A stretch of 64,000 nt of DNA from assembly GCA_009103225.1 (NCBI GenBank), contig RHPI01002438.1:62001-126000 (forward strand), read 5' to 3'. Under the pieces are notes generated by a model. It ran no database searches, was not told where the DNA came from, and was given only the letters and a program-made list of their open reading frames with translations. The position numbers and the translations under genes are program-made. Source of the DNA: Chlorokybus atmophyticus (lineage: Eukaryota; Plantae; Mesostigma and Chlorokybus algae). Positions 13,899-27,261 of this stretch are shown piece by piece; the stretch's first letter is position 1; every line of letters begins with the position of its first letter.

Positions 13899-14465
13899 AT
13901 GGGCAAGTGTAATGTGGCCAGTGATGCTGATAATCAGTTTCTCACCAGCTCCACGGCAGCCTAAGTGATCATGTTAGGACCACCGTGAACAGCACCACAC
14001 CATGTGTTGCTGTATATCTGGCTGACTTCCGTGCTGGTTTGTTCCGAAGGGCTTGGATGAGTAACTGATGCAGTATACACCTCGTGTCAGCATAAGTGGG
14101 AGGTGTGCGGCCTGATATGAAATACCAATAAACACTATTCATATTGCCAGTGTAGCAACACATGTGATAAGGACAGCAATCAATGTCACCAACACCATGC
14201 TCATGCATACTGTGCAACCGAGCGGAGCTAGTTGCTGACTTAACCTCAGCAACTAAATGCAAGAAAGATCACTGTCACTGCGAGGTACACACATACTACG
14301 GCTTGGGCCAGCCCGTTGTTGCAGTGCTTGCAGTGGTTATTGTTCTTGTTGCTTGGCGGTTATCAGTCTATGCTTGTCGTTGTGTGTACACACTGTGTGA
14401 TTCTGAGTGGCTTGGTGTAACTACGCACACATTGTGCCTTGTGTTGTAATGTTATATACAACTCC

Positions 14466-16572
14466 CTACACAGCATTCCGCTGCTGCTGTTCTCGCATAA
14501 CAACCCACTGCTCCTCGATTGCCGTGTCGGTGCACCGCGCGACGAAGCTCCCGACGCGCCAGCCGCTGGCCCGCAGGAATGCCGCGACGGTCGCGGCGTC
14601 GAGGTGGTTGACGATCTCGGAGCGGCGGGACAGGAGCATGCGGGTGCCCCACAACGTCAGCGGGCCCTGCAACCGGACCTGCAGGGCAAAGCAGTGAGGC
14701 CTTGCACTGATGTGAGCAGTTGCGTCTGTGCGCACATGTACGCGTGCGCATGCATGAGTGCCCATGTGCGCAATTGCGCGTATGTGTCATGTCATGTGGG
14801 AGGGGGGTGCGCGTGCATGCGTGCGTGTGTCGGCACCTGGAACTGGGTGTTCAGACCATTTTGTTCCACTAGTGACACGGTGGCGCTCAGCGCATACCCT
14901 CTTTGAACGAAGATGCGTAAGATGGACTTCACACCATCCAAAACCTAGCCAGAGACAGTTCTGATGAGGGGCGCTTGCCTATCAGCGAGCAACCATGCAT
15001 GGATACACTGGTGTGCACACTTACGCAGTCAGCTGATGCTGGCGGAGAGCACGGCTCCGGCGCGCTAAACTCCACGCCCTGGAAACCCGAGCGCAATCCA
15101 CTGTACACCTTGCACCCACATGCAGTCAGACCAGTAGTGCGCGTTCCTTATAGCAAGCGCTCAGTACGTTACGATCAATTTGTTGTGGGGAGCATGTTGC
15201 CTGCTCACAGCGTCAAGATAGGAGATATCTACGTTTTGACTCAGGCCCAAGACAACTACTATTGTAACCATAACCAGGCAGGCAGACACACAAAGACACG
15301 CAGACGGGAGGCTTGCGCAAACAAAAGAAAGTGTCTCTGTTTGACGAACCTTGTCCCCGACACGCTCAAAAAGTGCCTGTGGTAGGAGAGCGTTGTCAGC
15401 AAAAGCGGGGTCCCTGCGCACAACACGCATCCCACCATCCGCGCCCTGCAGCTCCTGCACACACACGAACGCACCGCACGCAAAGGTTACACACGCGAGG
15501 GTTACACTCTAGTCCAGGTAGGATTGCACTGGCGGGTGCAAACATGCACACGGAAAAAAGCGCACGCGCACACACACATGACACATCTTCTGCTCTCTTG
15601 CCTCAAACACTAGGGGCGCGTCCCTCATCTCACGCGCAATGGTGGCCCACTGTGCGAAGTTGATGAAGTCGAAGTACAACGGGTCCTAAAATGGCAGGTG
15701 GGTTATCTTATTGACCCACACATGACGAAAAATTACTCTCGTTTGTTACTTCTGTTATCATACTGTAAGGTCGCCCTGGCGGACGCGGAGTGGGCTGTAC
15801 TGCAGCAAGTAGGACTCGTACTCGCTCTGCCTTAGCTTCCAAAACTGAAGGACAGAACATTGACGCGATGTCACCTTGTTGTGTGGTGTTCTCGTGACAA
15901 CGGATAAGCAACCCAACCAATAAGGCCAGATCCCCTCACCTCCTTCTGGAACCGATCCATCTGTATATAACAAACACTTTATGAATACGCGCACGAATGT
16001 GTACGTATTTATGCGCATACACAATAACGCACACACGCACGCGCACAGACACAGACGCGTGCACCTGCCCACTCAGCAACACACACACACGCATGTGCAT
16101 GCACACCGACATAATGCATAGCGTGCAGTGAGTGAATAGCATAGCATACCGGCACGAAGTCCAGGTCGTCTGCGGCGTCGTAGCCGCTCCTCATCAGCAG
16201 CACGGCGAACGCGCGGTCCACAGCGCGACGGGGGTACTTCACGGGGGAGGGGGGGAGCAGCGGGGCGAAGGAGGAGAAGGGGGAGGAGGAGGAAGAGGAG
16301 GAAGAGGAGGAAGAGGAGAAAGGGTTGCTGGATAATGACGACATTGCAAAGGTGATGGGTGCTTGCTCATGTCGTTTATTCCTTCTTCTCCACAAGGTGG
16401 CCTTGTTGGAATGATGTCTGAGGAATTGCTGCTGCTGCGGTCTTCTTCTGAGGCTGCATTCTGAGGAGATGCAGCCAGGCACATGTTTGAAAGTGAGGTT
16501 GACTCGTGCAGGTGCTTCACGCATGAGAGCACGCACGACGATGATGTTAGTAATGGTGCTGGATGTGACCAT
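14466..16572 (-). CDS. Conserved plastid-targeted protein of unknown function, multi-exon
   Basis: Transit-peptide-like N-terminus then RAFAVLLMRSGYDAADDLDFVP, FWKLRQSEYESY...VRQGDL, DPLYFDFINFAQWATI, segments I recall from an uncharacterised family of photosynthetic organisms; consistent splice phases. Confidence 0.7.
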
Positions 16573-17303
16573 CAGGACAGGACACAGGCACTGGTTTATT
16601 CATGCATGCTTACAGCAAGCGAACACACAATCCATCAAGTCACTCACCGGCTGAGAGAGCGGTTGCTGATGGGAGAGGTGACAGTCTGCATGGCTGCCTT
16701 TGGGTGGTCAACAAGCAGCTAGGCCTAACACCACCAACACCAGCCGCGCACACCCCTTCCATTGGCACAACAGCCTTGCAAGCAGCTGCAGGTTGCAACC
16801 CCACCCCAACTCTTACCCGCTAGCCCTGCGTTCCTTCAATCATTCCTTCGTTCATTCATGCATTATACCGGGCGAACAATCAGCCTGCAAATTAGCATGC
16901 AATGACGGCGCAACAACAGTAGTACACTTGGAGGGGATCTTACTCTCTCAAGGCTTTGGCCTGCATGGATCAATGCGTGCATCAGTGTCAAGCAGACAGA
17001 GATTGTTCTTGTGTGCGGCCACGTAGCGTACTTCGGTTACGGCTGTGACACTCGATGACGCCGACGAGGGTCGCGTTACGCAACTTGGATGCAACACACC
17101 TGAAAATTGGGCGCAAAATTAGGGTTAGGGTTGGTTGGGGGGCGGGAAGCAGGCGGCGGCGGTGGCGGTGGCGGTGGCGGCGGCGGACGACGACGACGAG
17201 GAGGAGGCGGAGCGTTGTGAGGAGGAGTAAGCGGAGCGCTTGGTCAGAATTTTTTGCCATATTTGTGGCGTGAAACCTCGTAGGCGATTGCGCATTGCCA
17301 GCC

Positions 17304-18112
17304 ATGAGCAAGGCGGGGCAGCCACCGGATCTCAAAAAGTGAGAGCATGCGTGTCAAGAGCTGTTGTCCACATCGCATGGGTTGCTTTGCAGCACCATTA
17401 ACTATTACATAAGCTTCATCTGCGAATGTTGGCTGTGCACTCCATTTTTTCATCTTTGTACGTTATGCACGCTCTTGGTGAATTGATACCTCACGTTATG
17501 CATGCTGGCGCATATATGCATGATATAAGAATCTGCACGTCAGAAAGCCATAAACAATTGGTAGAATGACGCGTGTGGACTCCACTGGCTGTCGTTTATC
17601 ACACCCCTCTTGGATTAATGCTGTGTGTTGCTTTTGTGCAGGTACATGGACAAGAAGCTACAAAGTAAGCACAAATCAACACAGAGTTGCTTCCCCAGTT
17701 CTTAATATGCCAATGTCTTTGCCTTTGCAGCTTGTTTGCATTTCAGACAGAGTCGCTATTGTTGCATGTGTGGGCGTTTGTGCGCACGTATGTGCAAACG
17801 TGTTCCAACTGCCACCCCTTTGTGTGATCGCAGTTAGGTTGAATGCTAACCGTTCGGTGACGGGGGTGCTTCGCGGCTTCGATCAGTTCATGAACCTCGT
17901 GTTGGACGAGACCGTTGAGGAGGTATCCTCGTCAGAAAAGCATCAGATAGGCATGGTGGTAAGTGAAGGGTTCCTAGATTTGCCTTGCTGCTGTTCATCT
18001 ACCATTACAGTATGCATGACATACAAGAGTGCTGAAATGTTGTTGTTTTCGCTCCCCGCAGGTGATTCGTGGCAACAGCATTGTGCTCATAGAGTCATTG
18101 GAAAAAGTGTAG
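17304..18112 (+). CDS. SNRPG: Small nuclear ribonucleoprotein G (SmG); exons 17304-17338, 17642-17664, 17834-17958, 18062-18112
   Basis: Spliced product [77 protein letters not shown]; all GT-AG introns in phase. Confidence 0.97.
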
Positions 18113-18306
18113 CTACTTTGCGGAGGCTGGCGTGTGTGCCCTTGTAACGTTGCTGTTTCACACACATGCAGACTCTGTTCTATGTGCATGGCATGCATGT
18201 GTGTGTGTGCCTCTAAGACTGTGCCGGCGCACTGTTGATGGCTTCAGATGAGCATGCACATAGCCAATGCGCGCAAAATCCCCATTGACTGACTGTACAG
18301 TTTGCG

Positions 18307-21300
18307 TCATCTTCTGGGTTTGGGCAAGTTGTCCAACATTGAGCCAAACCGGTCTTCATGCTCAGCGGTGTCGTGTGAACCAAGGTACAGAAACTGCTCA
18401 TAAAAGGCGTCCACGCATGCGGCGACTGTCCCGCCACCGATGGCCTGCGCATGGGCGTGCATGAGCTCAACAGTTGCTTTGTTCGTGCCGGGTGCAAGCT
18501 CGGCGACGGCTCGTTGAAAGGCTTGCAGCATCGGTTGGTAAGTGGGCCCCGGCTGCTGTCCTCTATCACCTATTTGCTTAAATGCTTTCTCCACCTGCGT
18601 CATCAACAATCAGTTAAAACCCCTGCTTAGTAGTTGCTTGACTTGAATCTAGGACTTATGACATGGCAGCTTTCATCAGCCTATACCTGTGGCCTTAGTG
18701 CATGGGCGCGAACTCGCGCACACTCCACCAGCTCCGCAAGTACTCTTTCAAGCGTGATTGCATCGGATGTCTGCAGGTCAACAGTCAGTGCAGCACGTGT
18801 AGAAGTGCTGCTGTCACCCTTCACAGCAGTTGGACAGGCAAGAACCCGTATTCTCGCACCTCCGGTTTCATCTTGGCTTTGCTCTTCGCAGCCACCAAGC
18901 GCCTTTCTCCAAACGAAAGGGCGTCGCCCAATGTGCCGGCAGCCAGCCCGTCCGCCAGTGCCTGCAAGAGTAACAACGTGACATAAGAAGGTGACATGCA
19001 TGCATACTTATTTGTCTGATGAGAATCACCAAGACTGTAAGCAGTTCAGCATATTCCCTCTCTGCATGCACACACGCACCCGCAATGTGTCTGCGATGAA
19101 GCTGGAATCCAATCCGTCCAGCACTTGGCACACGATGGATTCAGCCTCGTCGCTTGTGACGGTGAGCTTGTCGCCGGCTGCCAGGCGCCGCCAGAAGACT
19201 GCAGGCTTGTTTCTGCGTACATGTATGGCGGTGCTCATCAGCGTTGCTCTCAAGGCCTTCAATACAACCAGTGTCGGGTACACATCACCGTACCGTGCGG
19301 CCGTGCAGTGAAAGGACGCGCCTTCGAGCACGCGCAGAAAAAAGGTGAGAACGCTTGACGGTAGCGGCGAGTAGATGCCACAGAGCCTGGCAAACAGCAC
19401 GCAGCGATGGTCGCACGCCGTCCTGTAATGATGCCTGCGGATGGACGCCCAACATGTCAGGCCAGCAGCAGAGACATGAACAGTTGGTTGATTTCTGTTC
19501 TACCAAACGTACTTGAGCATTGTAAACAGCACGATGAGCTTGTGGTCTGCGAGTTTCTTGAGGCCGAGATGGTGGTGCAGCCACTCCTGCACAAAAGCCG
19601 GCAGGTCCTGGCTGGGAGTTCCGCAGCTCGCATCAACCTGAGCCAAAGACACGTGTGGGAGTGCATGCTGTCAATGTGCCAACAGTGCTTGTGCATACTA
19701 GACCCTCACCTTGTCTGCCAACACCTTCGCGCGCAGGATGGAGCCGATGAGGGCGCGGAGGGTCTTGGCGGGGAGTGCGTCCATCTTGCTTAAGTGCGCG
19801 CCATGTCGCATACCCTCACCCGTGGCCCCGAGCACAGCCTGCCAGGCCGCGGGTACGCACGCCCGCACGGGCTTGATGGACTCGCGCAAAGCGTGCGCAG
19901 AACTGGCTCCGAGCAGAACGGCTCTCCCCGCCCGCCTGAACTTGAACAGTGGATCCGAGAGCGCATCCGCATTGAAGTCGTCGTCGTCATCATCATCGAG
20001 GTCTGCCGTAATGTCCTCAAGGTTGTCATTGTCATCGTTGCTGAAGCTGTCGTCGGTGTGGTCGACGATGGCCACCTCGGCGATGCACTTGCGGCCGAGC
20101 GTGGCCCCACCGGTGGGTTTGGACAGCACCACGTTGAAGGTGGCGTCACCGGCGTCGAGGAGGAAGGCGTGGTCCTCCTCGTCCATGATATGGATGTCGA
20201 TCTGCTTCGGCTCAGTGTCACTGTCCTCCCACGCGATCTCCTGCAGGGCGATGGGGATGAAGTCCATGTCCGCGGCGGCTGTGCCCTCCACAGTGGAGTA
20301 CCGCACGGTCACACGGCCCGCTGACCCGCCACGCCTCTCCACCATCAGAGACACGCACCCGTCGCTCTCCGCGCACGCGTAGCGACCCGTGCTGAACTCG
20401 ATCACTCCATTCTCGCTCGCCTCCGGTGACATCTCAAACCCAGCGAGCGGCCGCTCAGACACCTGGCAAAGGTGCCCAACATTATGCATACAGACGCATG
20501 CGCACATGCAGGTGAGTGTGCACACGCACACACATGCACACGCACACGCGCATGTGCACAGGGGCACACACACATGCACACACACTGCGCAGCAGCAGCA
20601 GCAGCACATCATAGTGCATAGTGCTGCCTCAAGTGGTATCCCCACTTGTGCATTGGCTTGGGCGATAGATCGGTGGCGCAGCTTGGCGATGATTTTCAGC
20701 AAACGCGTGCGCTCTTGCTGCAGCTTTCCCCGGGCGGTAATGAGGTACTGTATCTGCGCGGAGTGCGCCGTGTTGCGAGTCCTGCACTCCTCGATTTTGC
20801 ACTCGTACGCACCAGCGCTCTTGTCCAGCTCCGGCATCATCATATCAAGGTCAACGTCCTTCGTGCTTTGACCTATGTCATCATCCAAGTCATCAACAAG
20901 GTCAAGTGTATCTGTGGCCGCGTCCTCTTGATTAACTGTCGGCGGTGATGCTGGCTTGAGAAGCATTTCCTCCTGCAGCGCTCTCAACTCTGCCTCCAAC
21001 TCTTCTGGCATTTGTTGGGCGCCTTCGCCCTCGGTCTCGGCATCTTGCGTGACATCCTCGCTGTTAGCGCGCTCGTCGGTCGGGGTGGTGTCATCCATGC
21101 CATTGTCTTCACCGGTTGCACCGCTATTGTTGATGCTCTTTTTTCGCTCCAACACGGCATTCAACACCTTGCCTGAAGAGTGGTCACGTGTATGAGTGTG
21201 GGTGCGTGCATGCGTCACTCATCACCAGTGAACTGCCTGTTATGACTACTCACCTTGCAGCTTGTTTATGATGCTCAGCAGGCCGTCTCTCTCTAGCTGC

Positions 21301-24300
21301 CACGTGCGCGCCTGCTTCGCCAGCTCCGCCTCCACGTCGCCTCCCCGCTGCCGACGCCCCTGTCACCCAATCCACACGGTCAGTAAGCATGTCACATTAA
21401 TCATCAACATTGCTGTATGATGTCCTTTCGCATTGCAGCGCTGTGTGCGCTTATGTGGGCACACGCTTTACCCCGTCTATCATTGGACTGCTAGTCGGTG
21501 TTTCAATTATGTGAGCTGCGCCTTCGTCTGTGCTCTGCATCGTGCGTTGGTTTGAGACCTCTTGGCTCTGGCCCTGACACCAGACACATTGTAAGCGTAC
21601 ACGTCAAGAAGTGCAGCTTGCTGTCGATCTTAATAAAAGGAGTTGTTCCCATACCTTGTGTTCAACCGATGATGTTGTGCGACGAGTTGTCGCACTGCGG
21701 CTAATGCCACCAGTCACCGACTGCTGCGAGTGCTCTCGTTCCTCCTGCAACACACAGCAATAAATATGAACCAAGTTGAACAACTCTATCCATGCTGATT
21801 TCTGCCAGTGTTGTATGTACAGTTTAGAACCCAAACATCTGCAGGCACTCCCCCCAACAACACGTGTGCTGGGTGTTCTGCTGGTCATGTATGCAACTGC
21901 TTCCAATGTCACAGAACTGTCATGCATAGGCTTGTTGAAGTATAGTAACAGCGCACCTTAAGCGCCTCTTCCGCCTTGACGCGCAGGAGCCACTCTTGCT
22001 GCCTAGCCACCTGCTCCGCCACGAGCTTGTCCTGCCACACTCTCTCCCGCATCTGCCATGTCGGGAGGGCCAACACGTTGTTAGCTCTGCGGCAACCTGG
22101 GACACAATAAGTGGCCAATCAAAGTCCAACTCGACACATGATGCCTCTTGTGTATCTGGTATACACCTTTTCTGCATCGCGTTCACGCTTCCGCACGCTG
22201 CGCGCTGTCGTGTCCGCCTCATCGGCTTTCTTCACTGTCAAGTCCGTGGACGCCTGGGGAAAGCAAGCAAGAGAATGAAACTACCACTTGTATAGCGTAT
22301 CATGCATTGGTAGTGACTGTGACTTTGTGCTTGCTAGTGTACATGCGTTACTGAATTAAACGCGGACGCTTCAGAGACGGTCGATAGCACAAGCTTGTTC
22401 TTGCTGGCCTTGCCTGCGTGTCGTGGATGAGCTTGTGCTTGAGGACCTCCAGCAGGTGCTCGTGTTGCCGCCTGAGCTCCCGCAACGCCTTTTCAGCCTC
22501 TTTCGCCTCCTCCTCCGCCCTTCGACACATTTAAGTCACAATGTGCACTAAAGCACAGACATGCACGCTGTAATGTAGTAATACCATCCCCTGTACACAC
22601 GCATTGGGTAAAATAGAGGGGCCCCCAGTGACATCAGCAGCACACCACACGCACACCACATCACATTACTGCATGAGTGTTTCTTAACACTCATGCAGTA
22701 AGGAAACAGGCCTGCTAGCATACGCGCCTTGTATATGCACACCCAAAAGTGTGCACGCCCACGCTTAGGTGCACGCACATGTGTACGCACGTGACATTGC
22801 CCCTCACCTTTCCAACTTCCACTCCGCGATCTCCCTCTTCCTGACCTGTTCAGCATCAAACGCCACAACGCCCTCCTGCCCTTGTCCCGAACCCGCTCCA
22901 ATACCGGCCGCATTTGGGACACGACCCTCACCAGGCCGTGCCTCCGCTTTCAGGTCCTGGGACCTGCCGTCGCCGGTCCCACTTGGGACATCCGAGTCTG
23001 GGACTTCACCACTTGGTTGCTCGTATGTTGTGTCGGTGCAGCACAGCGCGTCAAGGAAGTCCTCGCGCTCACGCAGCGCGTCGTCTTGCTGCTGGAGGAG
23101 AAGGGCGATGTCGCTGAAGTCCTGCAGGAGGTCCTCGGCGTCGGCGCCGCCCTCTCGCACCGCCACGCGCTCGTCCTCGTCCATACGCGCCTGGCGCATC
23201 CTGTCCAGGTCCTCGCGCCGCTGCAGACACAACAACTCGGCTGTGGGAATTGGAAATAGATGAGCTATGGGTAAGTTATCACTCCGTTTTAGTCTACAAA
23301 CATACCATGGCGAGTGGCGTGGTTGTTTCTGGCCTCAACATCAGCGACACATCTGCACAAGAACACAAGCTCGTACACACGCAAACACGCGTGCGCGCAC
23401 ACAGACATGCGCGGACACCCATGTGTGCACATGCAAACACACGCACACGCGCACGCACGCACAAGCACCTCTCAACCCACTCTGCCCCCCCTCTCCCCTC
23501 TCCCCTCCTCGCGCGAGCGTGGCGACCGCCGCAGCCGAGATCTTCGACAGGTCCACCTGCATGCGCGCCTGCTCGATGCGCGTCGCAGCAAGCACGCCGC
23601 TGCCGGCGCAACCGGGCAGAGGCAGAAGAAGGGTCGCTTGCTTGTGGCTGTTGTGGTTGTGGTTGTGGTTGTTTCTGCGCTGCACGACATCGATGCTACT
23701 GATGGTACTGTCTCCTCCCTCGCTGTTGTCGTCGTCATCATTGTCAATGTTGTCGCTGTTGTCGTCGTCGCTGGTGCTTGCGTGGGAGCGACGACGGCGC
23801 TTTGTGGACTGCAGTGCGGCGGCCAGCTGGCACTGCTCAAGGAGTGTAACATTGGACCAGACAAATGATGGCATACGCTTGCGGGCACACACACACGGTA
23901 CAGTGGACTTAACCATGCTCCACCTGTGTGACGTGCAACTGGCCGGCAAGGCGTTCCCGCTCCCGTTCGGCTTCCGTAAACGCTTCCGCAGTCCGCAGCA
24001 GCTCCCTCTCCACCTCCTACACACACTCTTATAGCCACACCCCCCTCCCCTCCCCTCCCCACCCCAACACCAAAACACCCAGCAACCCCCTCTCTCCCAC
24101 TCACCGTCCCATGGCTCGCCCTCACGGCGCTCCTCATAGCCGGCATCCTCCGATACATCTCATGGAAACACGCCCGCAGCAGTCCCTCCGCCGCATCGTC
24201 ATCTGTCTTGTCCTTTGCCATCCGGTGCAAGGCCTCGGTCACGGCGGCGTGGAGGGAGTGCCAGTTGAGGAGGCGGGGGGAGCAGGCGCGGGCGCGGGAC

Positions 24301-25753
24301 CAACCGGACTCCTCATCCTCTGGGGTGATGCTGGTAGGGATGGACTCACCAGGCTCGTTGTAACCTAAATATGATGGACATGTCTCGGGGGCGTGAGACG
24401 TGGACAGGCGGCGTGGAGAGCGTGCGGGAGAGCTGGACGTCCATGCCTGAGAGGGAATGCACGCGTATGGGCGTGGGCGTGTGCGTGGGCGTGCGCGTGC
24501 GCGTGCGCGCGAGCGTATGTGTCTGTGCTTGCACGGGCGGGAGTCTAACCATGCATGCTCAAGCCCATGTGTGTGCGTGTGCAAACGTGTGTGTATGTGC
24601 ATGAATGCAAAGCTACTCCTTCTCACCCTTTTTGCTGGTGCCGGCACGGTGTCAGGCCTCCCCGACCCGGACACCCCTCCATGAACATCATAGGAGCTTC
24701 GCACAATCACAGACGACGCATACCCTGTTGGAAACGCCCCTTTCACGCCACCATTCCCTCTCCTCATTGCCTCCAAAGACCCTATCGCACCCCCACACAC
24801 ACACATGTCACAACAACAACACACGTACACACACATCACGTCTCTCCCGCTCTCTCTCGCTCGCGCTCACTCTGCTGCTGCTGCTGTTGTTGTTGTTGTT
24901 GTTGTTGTTGTTGCTGCTGCTGCTGCTGTTGGAACTGCGTCAAGTGTTGACGCGGTGTTGTTGGAGCGGCGCGCGGGGACAGCGTGTGAGGGAAGGGCTC
25001 CACGCCGGATCCGCCGCCGCGGCGCGGGGAGGGACGTGGGGTGTTGCGCGGGGAGGAGGAGGGGAAGGAGGGGGACTGCTGCTGCAAGGGAGGAGGAGAG
25101 GTGTTGGGATGGGGTGTTGTCAATGAGTGGGGATGGGTGTGTTGGTGGTGTGTGGCACGGTGTTGTATTGTGATGTGGTGCTTGTGAAGTACGTAATGGC
25201 ATGGGTTGTGAGTTTGGTGACAACTTAAGGTATGCAGCAAAGCGCATTCACGCAAGGGCGTCCGATCTTGACAGTGACGCCGATAACAAGTAATGCCGTG
25301 GCGATGGCAATGGCAACGGCAACAGCAACAACGATGACGACAACGTCACTACAACATCAACAATGGTAACAACTAAACACAATAACAGCCACCACCACCA
25401 CCACCACCACGAACAACGTTAATAACAACAACACCACCACCACCACCAACAACAACTAACCCTAACTCCGACCATCACCGGCACCACAACAACAGTCAAC
25501 TTCAGATCATCCCCCTTTGAAACCCCACCTCCCACATCGGTTCGAACACCGACACCGACACCGGCACCGCCACAGCTGGCAGGGTCGCACCACCTCCTCC
25601 ACCGTCCCCGTTTCGCCCGCCACGCGGCAATCCCTTGCTGCCATGCCACGACATGCTGCTGCTGCTTGCACCCCCGCCTAATGCAGTCCACCGCCTGCTG
25701 CTGCCGCTGCCGCTGCTGCTGCTGAGGGATGGAACGAGTCCCTCGTCCGCCAT
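18307..25753 (-). CDS. Large multi-exon coiled-coil protein with a Calx-beta domain and polyQ/acidic tracts
   Basis: Calx-beta: IEFSTGRYACAESDGCVSLMVERRGGSAGRVTVRYSTVEGTA..DF...WEDSDTEPKQIDIHIMD...FNVVLSKPTGGATLG...AEVAIVD (~20050-20420); many charged helical exons upstream; polyQ exon at 24870-24930. Confidence 0.7.
24872..24930 (-). repeat. (CAG/CAA)n trinucleotide repeat encoding about 20 Gln
   Basis: ctgctgctg...gttgttgtt...gctgctgct on + strand, inside ORF 24836-25255. Confidence 0.9.
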
Positions 25754-27261
25754 TGTGTGGGTGTGGGTGTGGCTATTGCAGCACCATTCTCAGCTATCTC
25801 AGGGTGATTGCCTTGGCCTGGCAGGACTACCGTGTTCTACACATCCTTGAGCGAAACAAGAGCTTAACAAGCGTTTCCTTGCTCAGTTCCAGTATAGGCT
25901 TGAGTGTGATGCGTTCCACACCAAAATGCTACTGCCATTGTTTACATCATCAGGCCTGGTCGTGAGGCACAGGTGTTGCAACAACACTGCTGCACTGTGG
26001 TCACTGATCTGGCTTGATCTAGACACCGTGCTGGCAGCGTGCTTAAGTAACAGTGGTAGTCCGCTGCCAGCTTGTTGCTACCTGCTGATTGGGATTTTCT
26101 TTTTTGTTTCTGTGTGCGTTTGGTTTCTGGTACGGCAAGCAAACTCACGTGACCTGAGATACGAGCTACCTTAACACAGTTACGTGTCCCCTGCATCTGA
26201 AACATCGTAATCCACGATACGCAGTTTCGCGGCAAACAACTGCGCGTTTGATTTGTTGCGCCTTTTGCAACGGATACAGGCGGCGACGTTGGCGTCGTGG
26301 TCGTCGTTGTTGTCGGCGGCGGCTGTTGTGTCCAGACGATCTTGTCAAGTCTTTGATTCGTGTGGCCCTCTGCCGGATAAGGCCGGATGAGGAGGGCGAG
26401 GGCAAGGGCGAGGGCGGCAGGTACAGTTGATGGCATGTTAGGGCTGAGCTTTGCGTGCAGCATGGTAAGTTACACTTACCCATACATACGAAGAAGTGAA
26501 ATATCATACTATGAACCAGTTGGTATCGGCACAGCACTGTCAGTTGATTTGTTGTGGTTGTGTCATGAGTTGAGTGCTCACTCCTGTTATTACCACGCTC
26601 ACAATGTTTATTATGCGTTGTTTGTACCCAGTACATTTGCACTCCAGACATATGTTGGTTACCACTGAAACCTCCGTGCGTAAAGTTTGCGTTTGAAACT
26701 GCACGTACGTCTTGCCAGTTTGCACTCCGAATGCCTGAATAGAGCAAAATTCTCTTTTGCGCTGTTGGATGCGCACATTAGCGCCTCTGGAGTTATTGCT
26801 GTCATTGATATACGCGACGTCATGATTGAGAAGTCAGCTGCTGTTTTACTTGCACTTATCTGCATCTTCCCATTAGTGCTTACTCAGTGCAATAAGTTCT
26901 CCAAGTTTGGTACACAGGTCATCACTGTTGCTTACTTGCGCTTCTTTATGCAACGTCATACTTGTATTGTGACAATCTGCGTGCGTGCTTTTGCCTTTGC
27001 ATGCAGTGTGCATTGCAAGGATATTGATATTGCAAAGAGTGAGCAGAAGCTGCTGCGTTTGAGTAAATACCACATCAGCGTCTGCTGGTATGTTCAGCTC
27101 CACATGCTCTCTTCCCAGCAGTTACAGTTACACTTGCACCGCACCTAAAGCCATTTATTTCCATATCCACATTCAAAAGCCACGGGCACTCCTCTCACTC
27201 GCATATCGCACTCAGGTTCCTTGACTAAGCCCCTCCTCGCTCCCCCATCTCACCTTTCATA

